A program made the translations under genes and the position numbers. The notes under the pieces were generated by a model. It saw only the letters and a program-made list of their open reading frames with translations. It searched no databases and had not been told where the DNA came from. From NCBI GenBank assembly GCA_951406725.2, contig OX597832.1, forward strand, positions 21,142,001-21,206,000: a DNA stretch of 64,000 bases, given 5' to 3'. Position 1 is the stretch's first letter, and the number at the start of each line of letters is the position of its first letter. This document shows positions 1-13,538 of the stretch, in pieces. The stretch comes from Octopus vulgaris. Lineage: Eukaryota.

Positions 1-610
1 ATATTGATGCGTACGTGTGTCTATGTATACACGTACTTAGATATATCGATATATACGCATACTTAGATACATCGATATAGATGTGTGAATGTGTGCATGT
101 GCGTATGCATGTGTTGTTTTATATTATCTCTGTATTCATTTAACAACGGGAGTAAACATACTATATACACTGGAGTCCCAGGTCAAGATCAGCTTTTAGG
201 CATCTTGCCTCCATTTATTTTTTGTTCAGTTTGACCATAGACAACGGCAGACACTAAGACGAACAGATCGACGTGAGGCGGCAAACACACAGATTAAACG
301 CCATGCATGTTTAGACGTAATGTTTAATGATGGCCATAAAAGCTAGATCGAAACGTTTAAACACTTGATATCTTTCATGTTATTTATCGAGCAAATTACG
401 ATTTACATACGTACATACATACATACATACATATATATATATATATACACATATATATGTATATACATATACACACACACACATATATATATATACATAC
501 ATATGTGTGTGTATTTATGTTTTGCGTTTGCCTTTGATTGTGTATAGACGCATATATATATATATTGAGTATGGATTATTAAATAAATAGGCATATGTGT
601 GTTATTATAT

Positions 611-1016
611 GCAGGAGTGGCTGTGTGGTAAGTAGCTTGCTTACCAACCACATGGTTCCGGGTTCATCTCCACTGCATGGCACCTTAGGCAAGTGTCTTC
701 TACTATAGCCTCGGACCGACCAAAGCCTTGTGAGTGGATTTGATAGATGGAAACTGAAACAAGGCCATCGTATATATACATACATATATGTATGTATGTA
801 TGTATGTATGTTATGTATGTATGTATGTATATAAGTATGCATGTATGTATGTATGTTTGCGTGTCTGTTTTTGTCCCCACAACATCATTTGACAAACGAG
901 GTTGGTTGCTTGCAAAGAATAAGTCCTGGGGTCGATTTGCTTGAGTAAAGGCGGTGCTCCAGCACGGCCGCAGTTAAATGACTGAAACAAATAAAAGAAT
1001 TAAAGAACAAAAGAAT
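611..1016 (+). mobile_element. tRNA-derived SINE, family A (CORE-like central segment, internal microsatellite, AAAAGA tail)
   Basis: Head GCAGGAGTGGCTGTGTGG (A-box-like) and GGTTCATCTCC (B-box position). CACCTTAGGCAAGTG resembles the MIR/CORE segment. Internal (TATG)n, then 3' GGCGGTGCTCCAGCA..CAGTTAAATGACTGAAAC and AAAAGA repeats. About 20 homologous pieces in the window. Confidence 0.85.
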
Positions 1017-1081
1017 ATGTATATTTTCTATATTTACATATATATATATATACATTATGTATATTATATACACATTATTGT

Positions 1082-1334
1082 ATTCTTTTACTTGTTTCAG
1101 TCATTTAACTGTGACCAAGCTGGAGTACCGTCTCGACGAGTTTTTCTTTTAGTCGAGCAAATCGGCTCCAGGTCTTGTGTCTTAAGCCTGGTACTCTTTT
1201 GCGAAACAGCTAAGATATGGGGACGTAAACACACCAACACTGGTTGTCAAGTAGTAACGATGGGAAATAAACACAGAAACAAAGAAATGTACACTCATAG
1301 GTATATACATATACATGTGTGTGTGTGTGTGTGT

Positions 1335-1416
<82 letters not shown>

Positions 1417-1578
1417 ATACGACGGGTTTCCTTCGGTTTCTATCAAATCCACTCGCAAGGCTTTGGTCCGCCGAGGCTATATCAGAAGACACGTGTCGAA
1501 GGTGCCACGCAGTGGGACTGAACCCCGAAACCATGTGGTTGGTATGCAAGCTTCTTACCACACAGCCACGCCTGTGCC
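1082..1578 (-). mobile_element. SINE family A, full length, diverged
   Basis: Reverse complement of the family-A sequence with a microsatellite in the internal slot. Confidence 0.85.
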
Positions 1579-1984
1579 TATATACATATACATATACACA
1601 TTGATTCATATAGACATAGGCGCATTAGGGATACAACTTTTTTTTTTCTCTTCAAAAGCAATTTCCTGTACCATATTTAGATGAGCATTTATGCATAACT
1701 AACCAAACAGAACTCAATTTTGAGCTATCATTAAAAAGTTTCACCCTTGAATCCATGTTTGTACTCTTATGCAAAACTTGACTGAATATGGGCAAGGCTG
1801 CATAGCACTCATGACTTTCAATAAACTCTTAGCATTTATAAGACATCTCTCTCTCTCTCTATCTATCTATTTATCTATCTATAGATAGATAGATAGTTTG
1901 AAATGGTGTATAGTAGACGTATGTATGTATGTATGTATACATTCATATATACATAAATATATTCAAATATATAAATTTACATCT

Positions 1985-2241
1985 AATATAGGATAAAATT
2001 TTCGAAAAAATTTTATCAATGGCCAGCATATTAAAAAAATACATTTAAAGGTTAAATTTATAAACAACTTATGAACAAGGGCAAAAAAAAATTCAATGCC
2101 AAATATGCCGAAATAGACTTAATCGTCAATAACCATATAATTTATCACTATAATCAAGCGTCTTGAAAGCAGCCGGCTATTTCGGCATATTTGACATTGA
2201 AATTTTTTTCTTTTACCCTTGTTTATACGTTGTATATAAAT
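1985..2241. repeat. Small fold-back element with ~60-bp inverted arms, next to TA-rich tracts
   Basis: 2056-2116 (ATTTATAAACAAC...ATGCCGAAATAG) is an imperfect reverse complement of 2177-2241 (CTATTTCGGCAT...GTTGTATATAAAT). Confidence 0.7.
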
Positions 2242-2259
2242 ATATATATATATATATAT

Positions 2260-2572
2260 AAATTTAAATTTTAAATGAGGGTGGGAAATTACATATTAAT
2301 TTAATTAACATCGATTTCACACCAGTGGTCTAACATAGAAAAAAAAACTGAAGGCTCAGTAAAATATATATATATTATTGTGTATATATATATATATATA
2401 TATATACAAAAACATAAACACACACACACACACATATATATAAATATATATATATATATATAAATTTAAAATGAGGGTGAGAAATTAGATATTAATTTAA
2501 TTAACATCGATTTCACACCAGTGGTCTAGCATATAAAAGAAATGAAGGTTCAGTAAAATATATATATATTAT

Positions 2573-2622
<50 letters not shown>

Positions 2623-2660
2623 TATACACAAACATAAACACACGCACACACACACATATA
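2260..2660. repeat. ~200-bp direct tandem duplication
   Basis: AAATGAGGGTG.GAAATTA.ATATTAATTTAATTAACATCGATTTCACACCAGTGGTCTA occurs at ~2273 and ~2469, with matching downstream TA/CA tracts. Confidence 0.8.
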
Positions 2661-2689
2661 TATATATATACATACACACACACATAAAC

Positions 2690-2752
<63 letters not shown>

Positions 2753-3159
2753 CACAAATAGACATGGATATATATGTACATATGTACATATATACATACA
2801 TACACACACATGTACACGCATATATATATATGTGTATGTGTGTGTACGTGTATAAATGCACGTATGTATGTGTGTGCAAGCGTGTGGAAACTGTATGAAT
2901 AATGTTTGCAATAAATAATCAATGTATCATCGCTCATCATCCTCATGTTATAACAACAAAAACAACTACTCCAACGACAACGGATGCTCCTAAGGCCAAC
3001 CTGAGTAACTGAGGAGCATTACGTACAATACACGCGTGCAAACACTCATCGATGTATAAATATATAATCGATATTCAATATGTGTACGCATCCATTTCGT
3101 ACATAACACACGAACGCTTCATATGTACGGGGATCGACCTCATACGTACATAGATGTAC

Positions 3160-3629
3160 TATGGGGTTGCTGAAAAGTTCCTGGCTCTAAGGGTATTGCA
3201 AAAGGCGGCGAGCTGGCAGAAACGTTAGCACGTCCTGCGAAACGCTTAGCAGTATTTCGTCTGCCGTTACGTTCTGAGTTCAAATTCCGCCGAGGTCGAC
3301 TTTGCCTTTCATCCTTTCGGGGTCGATAAATTAAGTACCACTTACGCACTGGAGTCGATATAATAGACTTAATCCGTTTGTCTGGCCTTGTTTTGTCCTC
3401 TCTCTCTGTTTAGCCCCTTGTGGGCAGTAAAGAAATAGGTATTGCGAAAGTCCTGGTGGGAGCGCGAACGATCCGAGATCTCTTTAACAGGGTTTAGAGA
3501 AACTGAAGTACAGCTGCAATAAGTGTGTGAATCTGAGAGGGGGGGAATATGTTGAATAAAATCATGGTTAATAGAGCCTCCTGTATTTTCTTTTACCCAA
3601 AGGCAGGGACTTCTTAGCAGACACTAGTA
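3160..3629 (+). mobile_element. mariner-derived MITE interrupted by a SINE
   Basis: Imperfect TIRs TATGGGGTTGCTGAAAAGTTCCTGGCT / AGGCAGGGACTTCTTAGCAGACACTAGTA with TA at both ends. Internal remnant KCVNLRG..EYVE* resembles a mariner transposase C-terminus. Confidence 0.7.
3203..3440 (+). mobile_element. tRNA-derived SINE, family B (MetaSINE-like central domain, long tail)
   Basis: AGGCGGCGAGCTGGCAGAA head, GAGTTCAAATTCC B-box, central GCCTTTCATCCTTTCGGGGTCGATAAATTAAGTACC. 13-bp TSD GGTATTGC(A/G)AAAG at 3192-3204 and 3438-3450. Confidence 0.85.
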
Positions 3630-3707
3630 TGTACACATACACATGTGTGTGTGTGTGTGTGTGTGGACAAATGGCATACATAGTTAGAGAGATGGCTTGA
3701 TATGCAC

Positions 3708-3742
<35 letters not shown>

Positions 3743-3744
<2 letters not shown>

Positions 3745-4155
3745 CTATTTTACTTGTTTCAGTCATTTGACTGTGGCTATGCTGGAGCACCGCCTTTAGT
3801 CGAGCAAATCGCCCCCAGGACTTAATCTTTGTAAGCCTAGTACTTATTCGATCGGTCTCGTTTGCCGAACCGCTAATGTTACGGGGATGTAAACACATTA
3901 GCATCGGTTGTCAAGCGATGTGGGGGGAGGAACAAACACAGACATACAAACATACACATACTCACACACACACATACATATATATATATATACATATACA
4001 CTACGAGCTTCTTTCAGTTTCCATCTACCAAATCCACTCACAAGGCTTTGGTCGACCCGAGGCTATAGTAGAAGACACTTGCCCAAGATGCCACGCAGTG
4101 GGACTGAACCCGGAACCATATGGTTGGTAAGCAAGATACTTTCCACACAGCCACG
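3743..4155 (-). mobile_element. SINE family A, near full length
   Basis: Reverse complement of the family-A sequence with an internal CA/TA tract. Confidence 0.88.
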
Positions 4156-4610
4156 TACAGGGTGCGATGGGTAAATTGACATAATTTTATATCTCTTGTT
4201 TCGCGCATGTGCATTGTTTGTTTGTTTTTTATTTTATCAGCTACACAGTATAGTAAAGTCAGTTACACATCGTTTGTCAGAAGAACAGCACTATGTCGCA
4301 ATTCACTCTGTCAGAATCCGAAGTCGTCCTGAGACCGTGGTTGAGGCCAATGACGATTTTATTGAATAAATTTACTCTTTAGAATTTCATAATATTTTTA
4401 TGCAATTTTGGTACATATATCTGATAAAATGAATTGTCAGCGATATTTTCATTTTTGCATAATTTAGACGACAATATAGTTATCGTACTCTGCATATATA
4501 TGGCTAACGTGTACTAACCAATTGAATCAATAGAGTATATATAATATATATGTATGATGAATACATATTCAATATTTTCATTAAATATGTATGTGTGTAT
4601 ATGCACGCGC

Positions 4611-4890
4611 GAACAAATCGACCCCACGACGTATTCTTTGTAAGTCTAGTACTTATTCTATCGGCCTTTTTTTGCCGAACCGCTAGGTTACGGGGACGTA
4701 AACACGCCAACATCAGTCAAACGATGGTGAGGAGACCAAAACGGGCTTCTTTCCGTTTACCAAATCCACTCACAAGGCTTTGGTGGGACCGAGGCTATAA
4801 GAGATGACACTAGACCAAGGTGCCATGCAGTGGGACTGAAACCGGATCCATGTGGTTGGTAAGCAAGCCACTTACCACACATCCACTCCA
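4611..4890 (-). mobile_element. SINE family A, 3'-truncated, lacking the internal microsatellite
   Basis: Homology to family A; the two halves are joined directly at ~4735. Confidence 0.8.
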
Positions 4891-5228
4891 TACAGAGAGA
4901 GAATAAATGCATTTATATATATGCATTTAATAAGTATAGGTATATACTAGTGTATTGCAGCACTTGGTAGCGTCTGCCATGTTTTCAATGATTGTTTTAC
5001 GTTATTATATTGTAGGGTGTAAAAAAATAAAACACATCGTCTTATTTTTCCCTGTTTTAGGCTCTCCACCGACCGGAATATGCTGTATGAGCCAGCTGAA
5101 GGGAGAGATACTTGTGTTACCCTTCAGATGGTGCTCCTTCCAACCGGGTAGAGTGGAGCAGAGTGAATTGAGGTGCTTTATTCAAAGACATAAAACTTGA
5201 TCGCTTCCTGGAAGCTGTCCTATATATA

Positions 5229-5297
<69 letters not shown>

Positions 5298-5337
5298 GTA
5301 TATATATATGTATGTATACTACGTGTATAAACATATA

Positions 5338-5415
<78 letters not shown>

Positions 5416-5463
5416 GTATATATATATGTATGTATACTACGTGTATAAACATATATATGTATG

Positions 5464-5521
<58 letters not shown>

Positions 5522-6666
5522 CATATATATAATATAAGTGTGTGCGTGAATGCTTGTTCTTATTTGTTCCTTGTTGAAATACTAATGATGCATATCAGCA
5601 AGATTATGTAGATTTGTCAAATGATTGTGTAGTTTTATCAGTGGATTTCCTATAACACGTGTATGTTTTTAAAGGTTAAAATACCAATTACATTGTATGT
5701 ATATTCTCTTCGTGTGTGTGTATGCGTATGGTTGTGCACAGAAAGATATCCAGAGAGCGCAGACGAGAGAAATGGCACAAATGCCTATGTAATGTCATTG
5801 TATTAAACATACAGATAACATCACTCCCAATTTTGTACGCAACAACACTACTACTAACCCAGACACCCAACTTCAACTGCCAAAATCAAACTATTTCTCC
5901 ACTGTAAGGATTTCTTTTCATATTATTCAACACGGAAACTTCCACACTACAGGGTGATATTCAAAGGAATTAAATACGATTAATAGCCAATGCTTTGACG
6001 GAAAGATTACTTAAGAATACACACCTCTTCAGGAACATGCACACGGAATCCCTACAGACTTCTCTCGCTTTATGTGGTATCTTCAAAACCAGATAAATGC
6101 ATTTCACTATTATTTGAGTCATTCTTAACTTAGTACCTCTTTACTCATTCAGTGTCTCACAACTTTCGATTTTATATCTATTCATAACTGCACATATTAC
6201 AATAGCCCACCGTTCCTTTCACAAGAAAGCTTAACTTTCATATGTCTCCTATCCACGTACTTGTATATGTAAGTTTAAACGATTACTTTTTATTACTATT
6301 TCATTAGAGGTTTTATTGTTATTACTATTCCATTAATCGTTTTACTATTTCATTACTTGACAGACACTTAAAACGCTCCTAGATTTTTTAACGAAGAATA
6401 TTTTTCTTTATTGCACGAGAGTTATCTCTCTTTCCGCTTTTACTGAAAACCCTAGCAATTATCGCATTTCTAGCCCCTCTACGCGAGCGTAAGGCCTAAT
6501 TAAAACGAGGCTTTCGTTATATCTCGTGCAACTCAGCCATATTTAGAAGTCATGGCTGCATCAAAACACAGAATACGAACAACTACAACTATATTTTGCG
6601 TATGTGAAACTTTTAGTAATTCATATCGGAGTAAATAGAACATTCTATTAATACATAGATAAACTA

Positions 6667-6888
6667 AGGCGGTGAGCTGGCAAAATCGTTAGTATTGCCG
6701 GGCGATAATACTTAACGGCAATTCGTCCGTCTTCGCGTTCTGAGTTCAAATTCCGCCGAGGTCGACTTTACCTTTTATCCTTTCAAAGTCGATAAAATAA
6801 GAGCCAGTTGATTGATCACCGGAGTCAATGTAATCGTTTTGCCCCTTATTCTGGAAGTATTAGACTTCCACTAAAATTTGAAACCAAT
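6667..6888 (+). mobile_element. SINE family B, short-tail variant
   Basis: AAGGCGGTGAGCTGGCAAAATCGTTAG head, GAGTTCAAATTCCGCCGAGGTCGAC, tail AAAATTTGAAACCAAT. Confidence 0.8.
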
Positions 6889-6956
6889 AGACTGAATAAA
6901 TTAAACAAACGCTCATATCCACACACGCACTATTACAGTGCTTTCGTGTTTATATG

Positions 6957-7000
<44 letters not shown>

Positions 7001-7014
7001 GTATATGTATATGC

Positions 7015-7045
<31 letters not shown>

Positions 7046-7434
7046 AGGTGTGTGTGTGTTTGGGTGTGTATAAATACGGTGTACATTTAAACACATAAGA
7101 GGTATCCATCATAGGATTCCTTGCACGCTTGAAGGAACAGCTAAAATCCAAACCACTATCAGGGATAAATTTCGAAGGAAATGAAAAATAAAAACATTTA
7201 CACCTATCTCATAGACCATGGTTTCAGACATTCTTTAGCAAATAAAATAATTTGCCAGGCGCGGTCTTTATCAGCAGGTACACCTAGACTAAACATATAA
7301 GTACAAGGCAATCCACGTGCATTCTAATTTTTCGAAATTAGCGAGTAAGTGCAGCTCTTTGTCGGCAGTAAATAAAAAATGCCGGCGTTTCATTCGAAAC
7401 TTTTCCAGAAAAAATTATTAATTATTACATATAC

Positions 7435-7479
<45 letters not shown>

Positions 7480-7851
7480 GTATATGTATAGTTGTATGTA
7501 TGTGTATGTGCGTGTGTGTGTGTGTGATAGCTTTGTGTGGCACCTTGGGCAGTTGTCTTCTAGTATACCTTCCGTCCGACCAAAACGTTTTGAGTGGATT
7601 TGGTAGACGGAAACTAAAATGCCGTGGCTTGGCAGAAATCTTTTTAAAGTTTCAGACCACGACACTTTGCGGTATTATAGTTTCTCAGATCGAATCCTTC
7701 GAAGGGAAGCTCTGCCTTTGAAATTTGCCCGGTCAATAAAACAAAATGCCAGTCTTGTTCGACGATCAATGGTATCGATTAATCAACTAATCACCACCCA
7801 TGAAAATTGCTAGCCTCGTGACTAAATTATATACACACATACATGCACATG

Positions 7852-7906
<55 letters not shown>

Positions 7907-8055
7907 TAGACTCATCACAAGGGCTGAAACTGGTGGTCATTGCATTGAACCTTCCAATTCCCACAATGAATCTCTCTCAGAGACACACACGCAGAAGCAT
8001 TCATCATCTATATGATTGTATGTGTGTGTATGCATATATAGATGTATACAATTAT

Positions 8056-8238
<183 letters not shown>

Positions 8239-8352
8239 TGTGTTTGTGTGTTCATAACTAAAATGAGCGTCACTACTGACTAAACATCCTGTTCTTCCTC
8301 GTTTCTCTTTCTCTCTCGCTATCTATACACACACACACACACATATATATAC

Positions 8353-8384
<32 letters not shown>

Positions 8385-8391
8385 GTATATA

Positions 8392-8436
<45 letters not shown>

Positions 8437-8540
8437 GTAATATATATATATGTATGTATATATGTATATATATATATGTGTATATATATATATATATGTA
8501 TGTATTTATGTGTGTGTATATATATATATATATGTATATA

Positions 8541-8620
<80 letters not shown>

Positions 8621-9189
8621 TATACATATATATCGCTCTGTATAACTTTCTCTATATCTCTTTCTCACTTTCTCTGTATCCTTTGATGATGTTTTGCTGT
8701 CTACCCCTAACACAGTCCCAACGTTTAAAAATACCCCTGTAAAGCCGCAATCCACCCCTTCAACATACAATCAACCGCGGCGGATGCAGCCATGTGGAAA
8801 GCACATAAAGGCGTGACGTGGCTGTGAAGATGGATGCGGTGGGGATGTTGACGGTGCGGGGGGTGGGGGGGTTCTGGCCGAACACTGCAAATAAACACAT
8901 CTGTGGTCCCAGACTTACAGGGTTTGTTTATAGCGAGGGAGTGAGGGAGTAGAAATAGAGCGAGCGCGAGAGAGAGCGAGAGGGAGAGAGAGAGAGATGG
9001 GAGGCGAATGGTTGTTATAGCGAGTGAGAGAGAGAGAGAGAGAGAGTTACAGGGAGAAAGAGAGAGTGTGTGTAAGGGGGGGAGGAGATAAAAAATACAT
9101 AAATAATAGAATCGACCAGGCATAGACCAACTTACTGAAGTTCCATACCCACGAACGCATGCTTCGGTGTGTGTACATAAATATAATAC

Positions 9190-9300
9190 GCAACATACAT
9201 ATATATATATATGCATACATATATGTACATACATACATATACATATATATATATAAGTATATACATATATACATATATATGCACAAATATATACACACAC

Positions 9301-9369
<69 letters not shown>

Positions 9370-9420
9370 CATATATGTATATATGTATATATATACATAT
9401 ATACATATATATACATATAT

Positions 9421-9455
<35 letters not shown>

Positions 9456-9650
9456 CATATATGTAAATATGCATATATATACATATATACATATATATAT
9501 GCATATATATACATATATACGACACCCATACATATATATATATATACACATATATACACACACACGCACATATACACATATGGATATATATATATATATA
9601 TGTATGTTTATATATATGAATATATATATGCGTACATACATATATACTTA
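9190..9650. repeat. Compound (TA)n/(TACA)n microsatellite; source of spurious YI-repeat ORFs
   Basis: Direct inspection; similar tracts at 8340-8630 and 10280-10720. Confidence 0.9.
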
Positions 9651-9896
9651 ATATTCCTGTATATGGTTGCATAGAGTTACATCAGTACAAATATATAGAT
9701 TGGCATGTATAGACTCACTAGACGTATATAAATGTAATATACTTTAAAATATGCACTGACACAAATTATTGCATATATACATTAATGCCATATTCGTGCG
9801 TAGATACATACGTACATATATGTGTGTATGTGTGAATGTAGGTGTGTGTGTAATGTACACACGTATTCATACAAGTCTATGTGTAAATTTATATAT

Positions 9897-9937
<41 letters not shown>

Positions 9938-10278
9938 GTATATATACAAGGAGAGAGAGAGAGGGAGATGTTGATAAATATATACATACATATATGTGTG
10001 TGTGTGTGTGTACACTCACATATGTCACCATCGACTGTGGTGTCGACGGTGTCGACATCGCTGATGACGCAGACGCAGTGAGGCGGGATGGGAGGCGGAC
10101 AGTTGAGTGCTGGTCGTAGATGTGAAACTGTTCACCACAGCGTAGCCGCGCTTTCTTCGTTCGCTTCAGTGGATTTAAAGGTAGGACATACGGGTATGTG
10201 CCGGGGAATATAGTCCAGTGAATTCGAACAATATGAAGGAAATACACGACTTTTACTTGTTTTTTTTTCTTTCTTTCG

Positions 10279-10319
<41 letters not shown>

Positions 10320-10360
10320 ACATAGATATATATACATACACATGCATACCCCGATATATC

Positions 10361-10426
<66 letters not shown>

Positions 10427-10614
10427 CACACACATACATATATATGCATATATATATATATATATATATACATACATATATACACACATACATATATATG
10501 CATATATATATACAAACATATATACACACATACATATATATGCATATATATATATGTATATATATATACATACATACATATATACACACATATATACACA
10601 CATACATATATATA

Positions 10615-10662
<48 letters not shown>

Positions 10663-11567
10663 CATACATATATATGCATGCATATCTGTATGTATAAAAT
10701 CAATATATATATATATGGGCGCTTGACTGAGCGTGAGGAATATGTTTGTATGTGTGTATGTGTGTGTGTGTGTTAGTGTGTGTCTTTACAGTTGAATGTA
10801 TGTTGATATGCATAATATACGTATCGACAGAATGCATATGCGCCACGCCCTGATAAATAAGAAAACACTCATTGATACACACATACGCGTATGTATGTAT
10901 ATGTACGTGCATTTATACACAAAATCCTATATATACATACATACACACATATATATGTATATATGCATACATATGTATATATACCTGCACATGTATATAT
11001 ATACATATATAGATGTGTGTGTGTGCGCGCGCACGTACACACAGATGCGTATACTCGTGTATATGTGCGCTTTTGTGTATGTGTTTATGTATGCATATAT
11101 CTGTACATGTTTTGATGAATTTTTCAAATGCGGTGTGAGCGCCTGCCTGTGCATATAAACGTGCGACTAGTACTATATATGTACTATATACAGATAAACA
11201 TATGTACTCATTTCAAAAGCCAACAGTGTCAGCAAGGAAGAAATATGAATATATTACTAAGGCTTCAGACAGTTATATTCTTTATAAGTGTCGGCATAGA
11301 AAGAAAGCTCTTGATATGTGCTCTTCTATGCCATGTTATAACGCAGATGGTGGACGTCGTTATTTTTTAATTATTATATTTTTGGCACTCCGTCGGTTAC
11401 GACGACGTGGTTTCCAATGAATCCGATCAACTAAACAGCCTGCTTGGGAAACTGCTGACAACTGTGCCAGCTCACCGCCTTCCGCAGAACAAATATCATA
11501 ATGGATTGTGTTTGGTGTTCTCATGATTCTGATATTTCACGGCCCTCCTGCAATTAAGCAGTATTGG

Positions 11568-11893
11568 GAGACCCCCTTCCGTCATGAATGACCATGGGAT
11601 TGCACCTAGAAAGCTACCCTCCGAGGTACAAGTCCTGGCAAGGTTGTTTATGGAAGTCCAGCAGTCGACCATGCATACCAGCCTCCCCTCTCCACACCAC
11701 TGATGTTATCCAAGGAGCCGAAACAGCTTGGCACCTATGATGTCGCAACTCATTTCTACAGGTGAGTTAACTGGAGCATCGTGAAATAAAGTGTCTTGCT
11801 CAAGAACACAACACGCAGCCCGGTCAGGGAATCGACATCACAACCTCACGAGCGTAAGCTCGACGCTCTAACCACTGAGCTATGCGCCTTCAC
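11568..11893 (-). mobile_element. tRNA-derived SINE, family D
   Basis: Minus strand starts GTGAAGGCGCATAGCTCAGTGGTTAGAGCG (A-box), has a degenerate B-box TCGATTCCC, then GTGTTCTTGAGCAAGACACTTTATTTCACG. Homologous to 40943-41172. Confidence 0.8.
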
Positions 11894-12735
11894 AATTAAG
11901 GAGTATTAGGGCTTAGGAAAAATGTAATTTTCCCTTCAGGGGCAGATGGAAGCAAATGATATTGGCGAGGACAATAAAACTAAAAGCTGACCAATACGTT
12001 GAAATAAAAACTAGTGACTCTAAAAAAGCACAACGCAAAAATATTTCGAGTCCTACCACATTGTTGGAAAAACATGCTATAAACAATTTATCTGAAAGAC
12101 TATGAATACAGTTGTTTTACCTGGCTAAATGTTTAATAGTATTCTTTGCCTTTATTTTACTTACGCATGTATATAAATTCAATTCTAAAATTGAATCTAT
12201 GCTCATGACAAATATACATTTTATCATAGTATTTTGCGTATTAATTTTCACCTGGGACTACAACAATTATTTCTACAACATAACTAGAAATTATTTTTTT
12301 TTGAAATTAAACTAATATAAAATTACAATTTTTGAAAAATTAACCAGCCGTCGCAGTTTATTTGCGTATTTTTTTTCTTTTCCAAATTCCTTGTGTATGG
12401 ACATATGTGTGCTTGTGTACTGGGCATCATGTGTACAGCGGTGTGCATATATTACGTGTTTTTCCTGTCCAGTTCTATTCACTGCTCAATGAATTATCGG
12501 TTTCTCTGCACACTGAAGATAATTACGTGTGTATCAGTGTTTTATCTCGGCACAGAGTTGCTAAGGACAGCCAACTTATGCATTGCACAAACTTGATAAG
12601 GTTTTGCGAGCCTTGCAAATAAATTGCCTTATATATGAAACTACATTGAAATACGATAATATTATATGTTGCTTGCCTTCCCTTTCTATAGTTATTATCG
12701 ATATTATTACACACAAGCATACATAGGCAAATGTG

Positions 12736-12783
<48 letters not shown>

Positions 12784-12942
12784 CATATGTATACAAACAC
12801 ACATATAAAGAAGTATACGTTTCTCTTTCTCTCTGTGCGTAAATATATATGTTTGTATGTTTGTGTAATTATCTATGTATATATTCATATAAAATGTGTA
12901 AATATGCAAAAATACACATCTATTTATTTATCCTACATTTCA

Positions 12943-12978
<36 letters not shown>

Positions 12979-13538
12979 CTCAATCTATCGCTTTCATTCT
13001 CCCATGTAAATCAAATTTCAATCAATAATTTATTACGACACTTAATTTTAATTTGAATAACATTTCTGAAAATATATTTGTCTGCCAATGTTGAAAGCAC
13101 ATGAAGTCGTCCCCTTTGTTACCAAGCGCATTTACAACTAGCTTAAGTTACTAATTTTCTTGGCAGTACTTCGCTTGTTGATTAGTATCTGTTAACTACG
13201 CTACTTCCGATCGATACACTCAAGTATATTTTAAATGGTAGTTAACAGCCAGACATTACGCATGGATGTTATAATAACTATTTCACTTTAGAAGTGAAAC
13301 CGGTACGTAAATATTGTACTTTACGCGCTCTCTGTCAGTACATTTTGAGGGAATTTATTTGCTAAACAATAAAAAAAGGACTATTTGGTGTGTTAGTTTT
13401 TTATTTCATTATTGCATTTAATGGCAAAATCGCCATTGTTTGGTAAAAAAAATATTTCCTGCTCAACAAACATGATGTAATATAAAATTTCTTCGGGCAT
13501 TTCTGAACCCAGCCCCACCGAATTAGGTAGGCCTAATT

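Noticed and set aside
4156-4330. TACAGGGTG Tc1-like terminus (also at 5948)
   Set aside because: No partner inverted repeat or transposase remnant was identified, so element limits cannot be supported.
6390-6660. Possible third Helitron (minus-strand start ATCTATGTATTAATAG)
   Set aside because: No matching hairpin plus CTRR 3' end was found.
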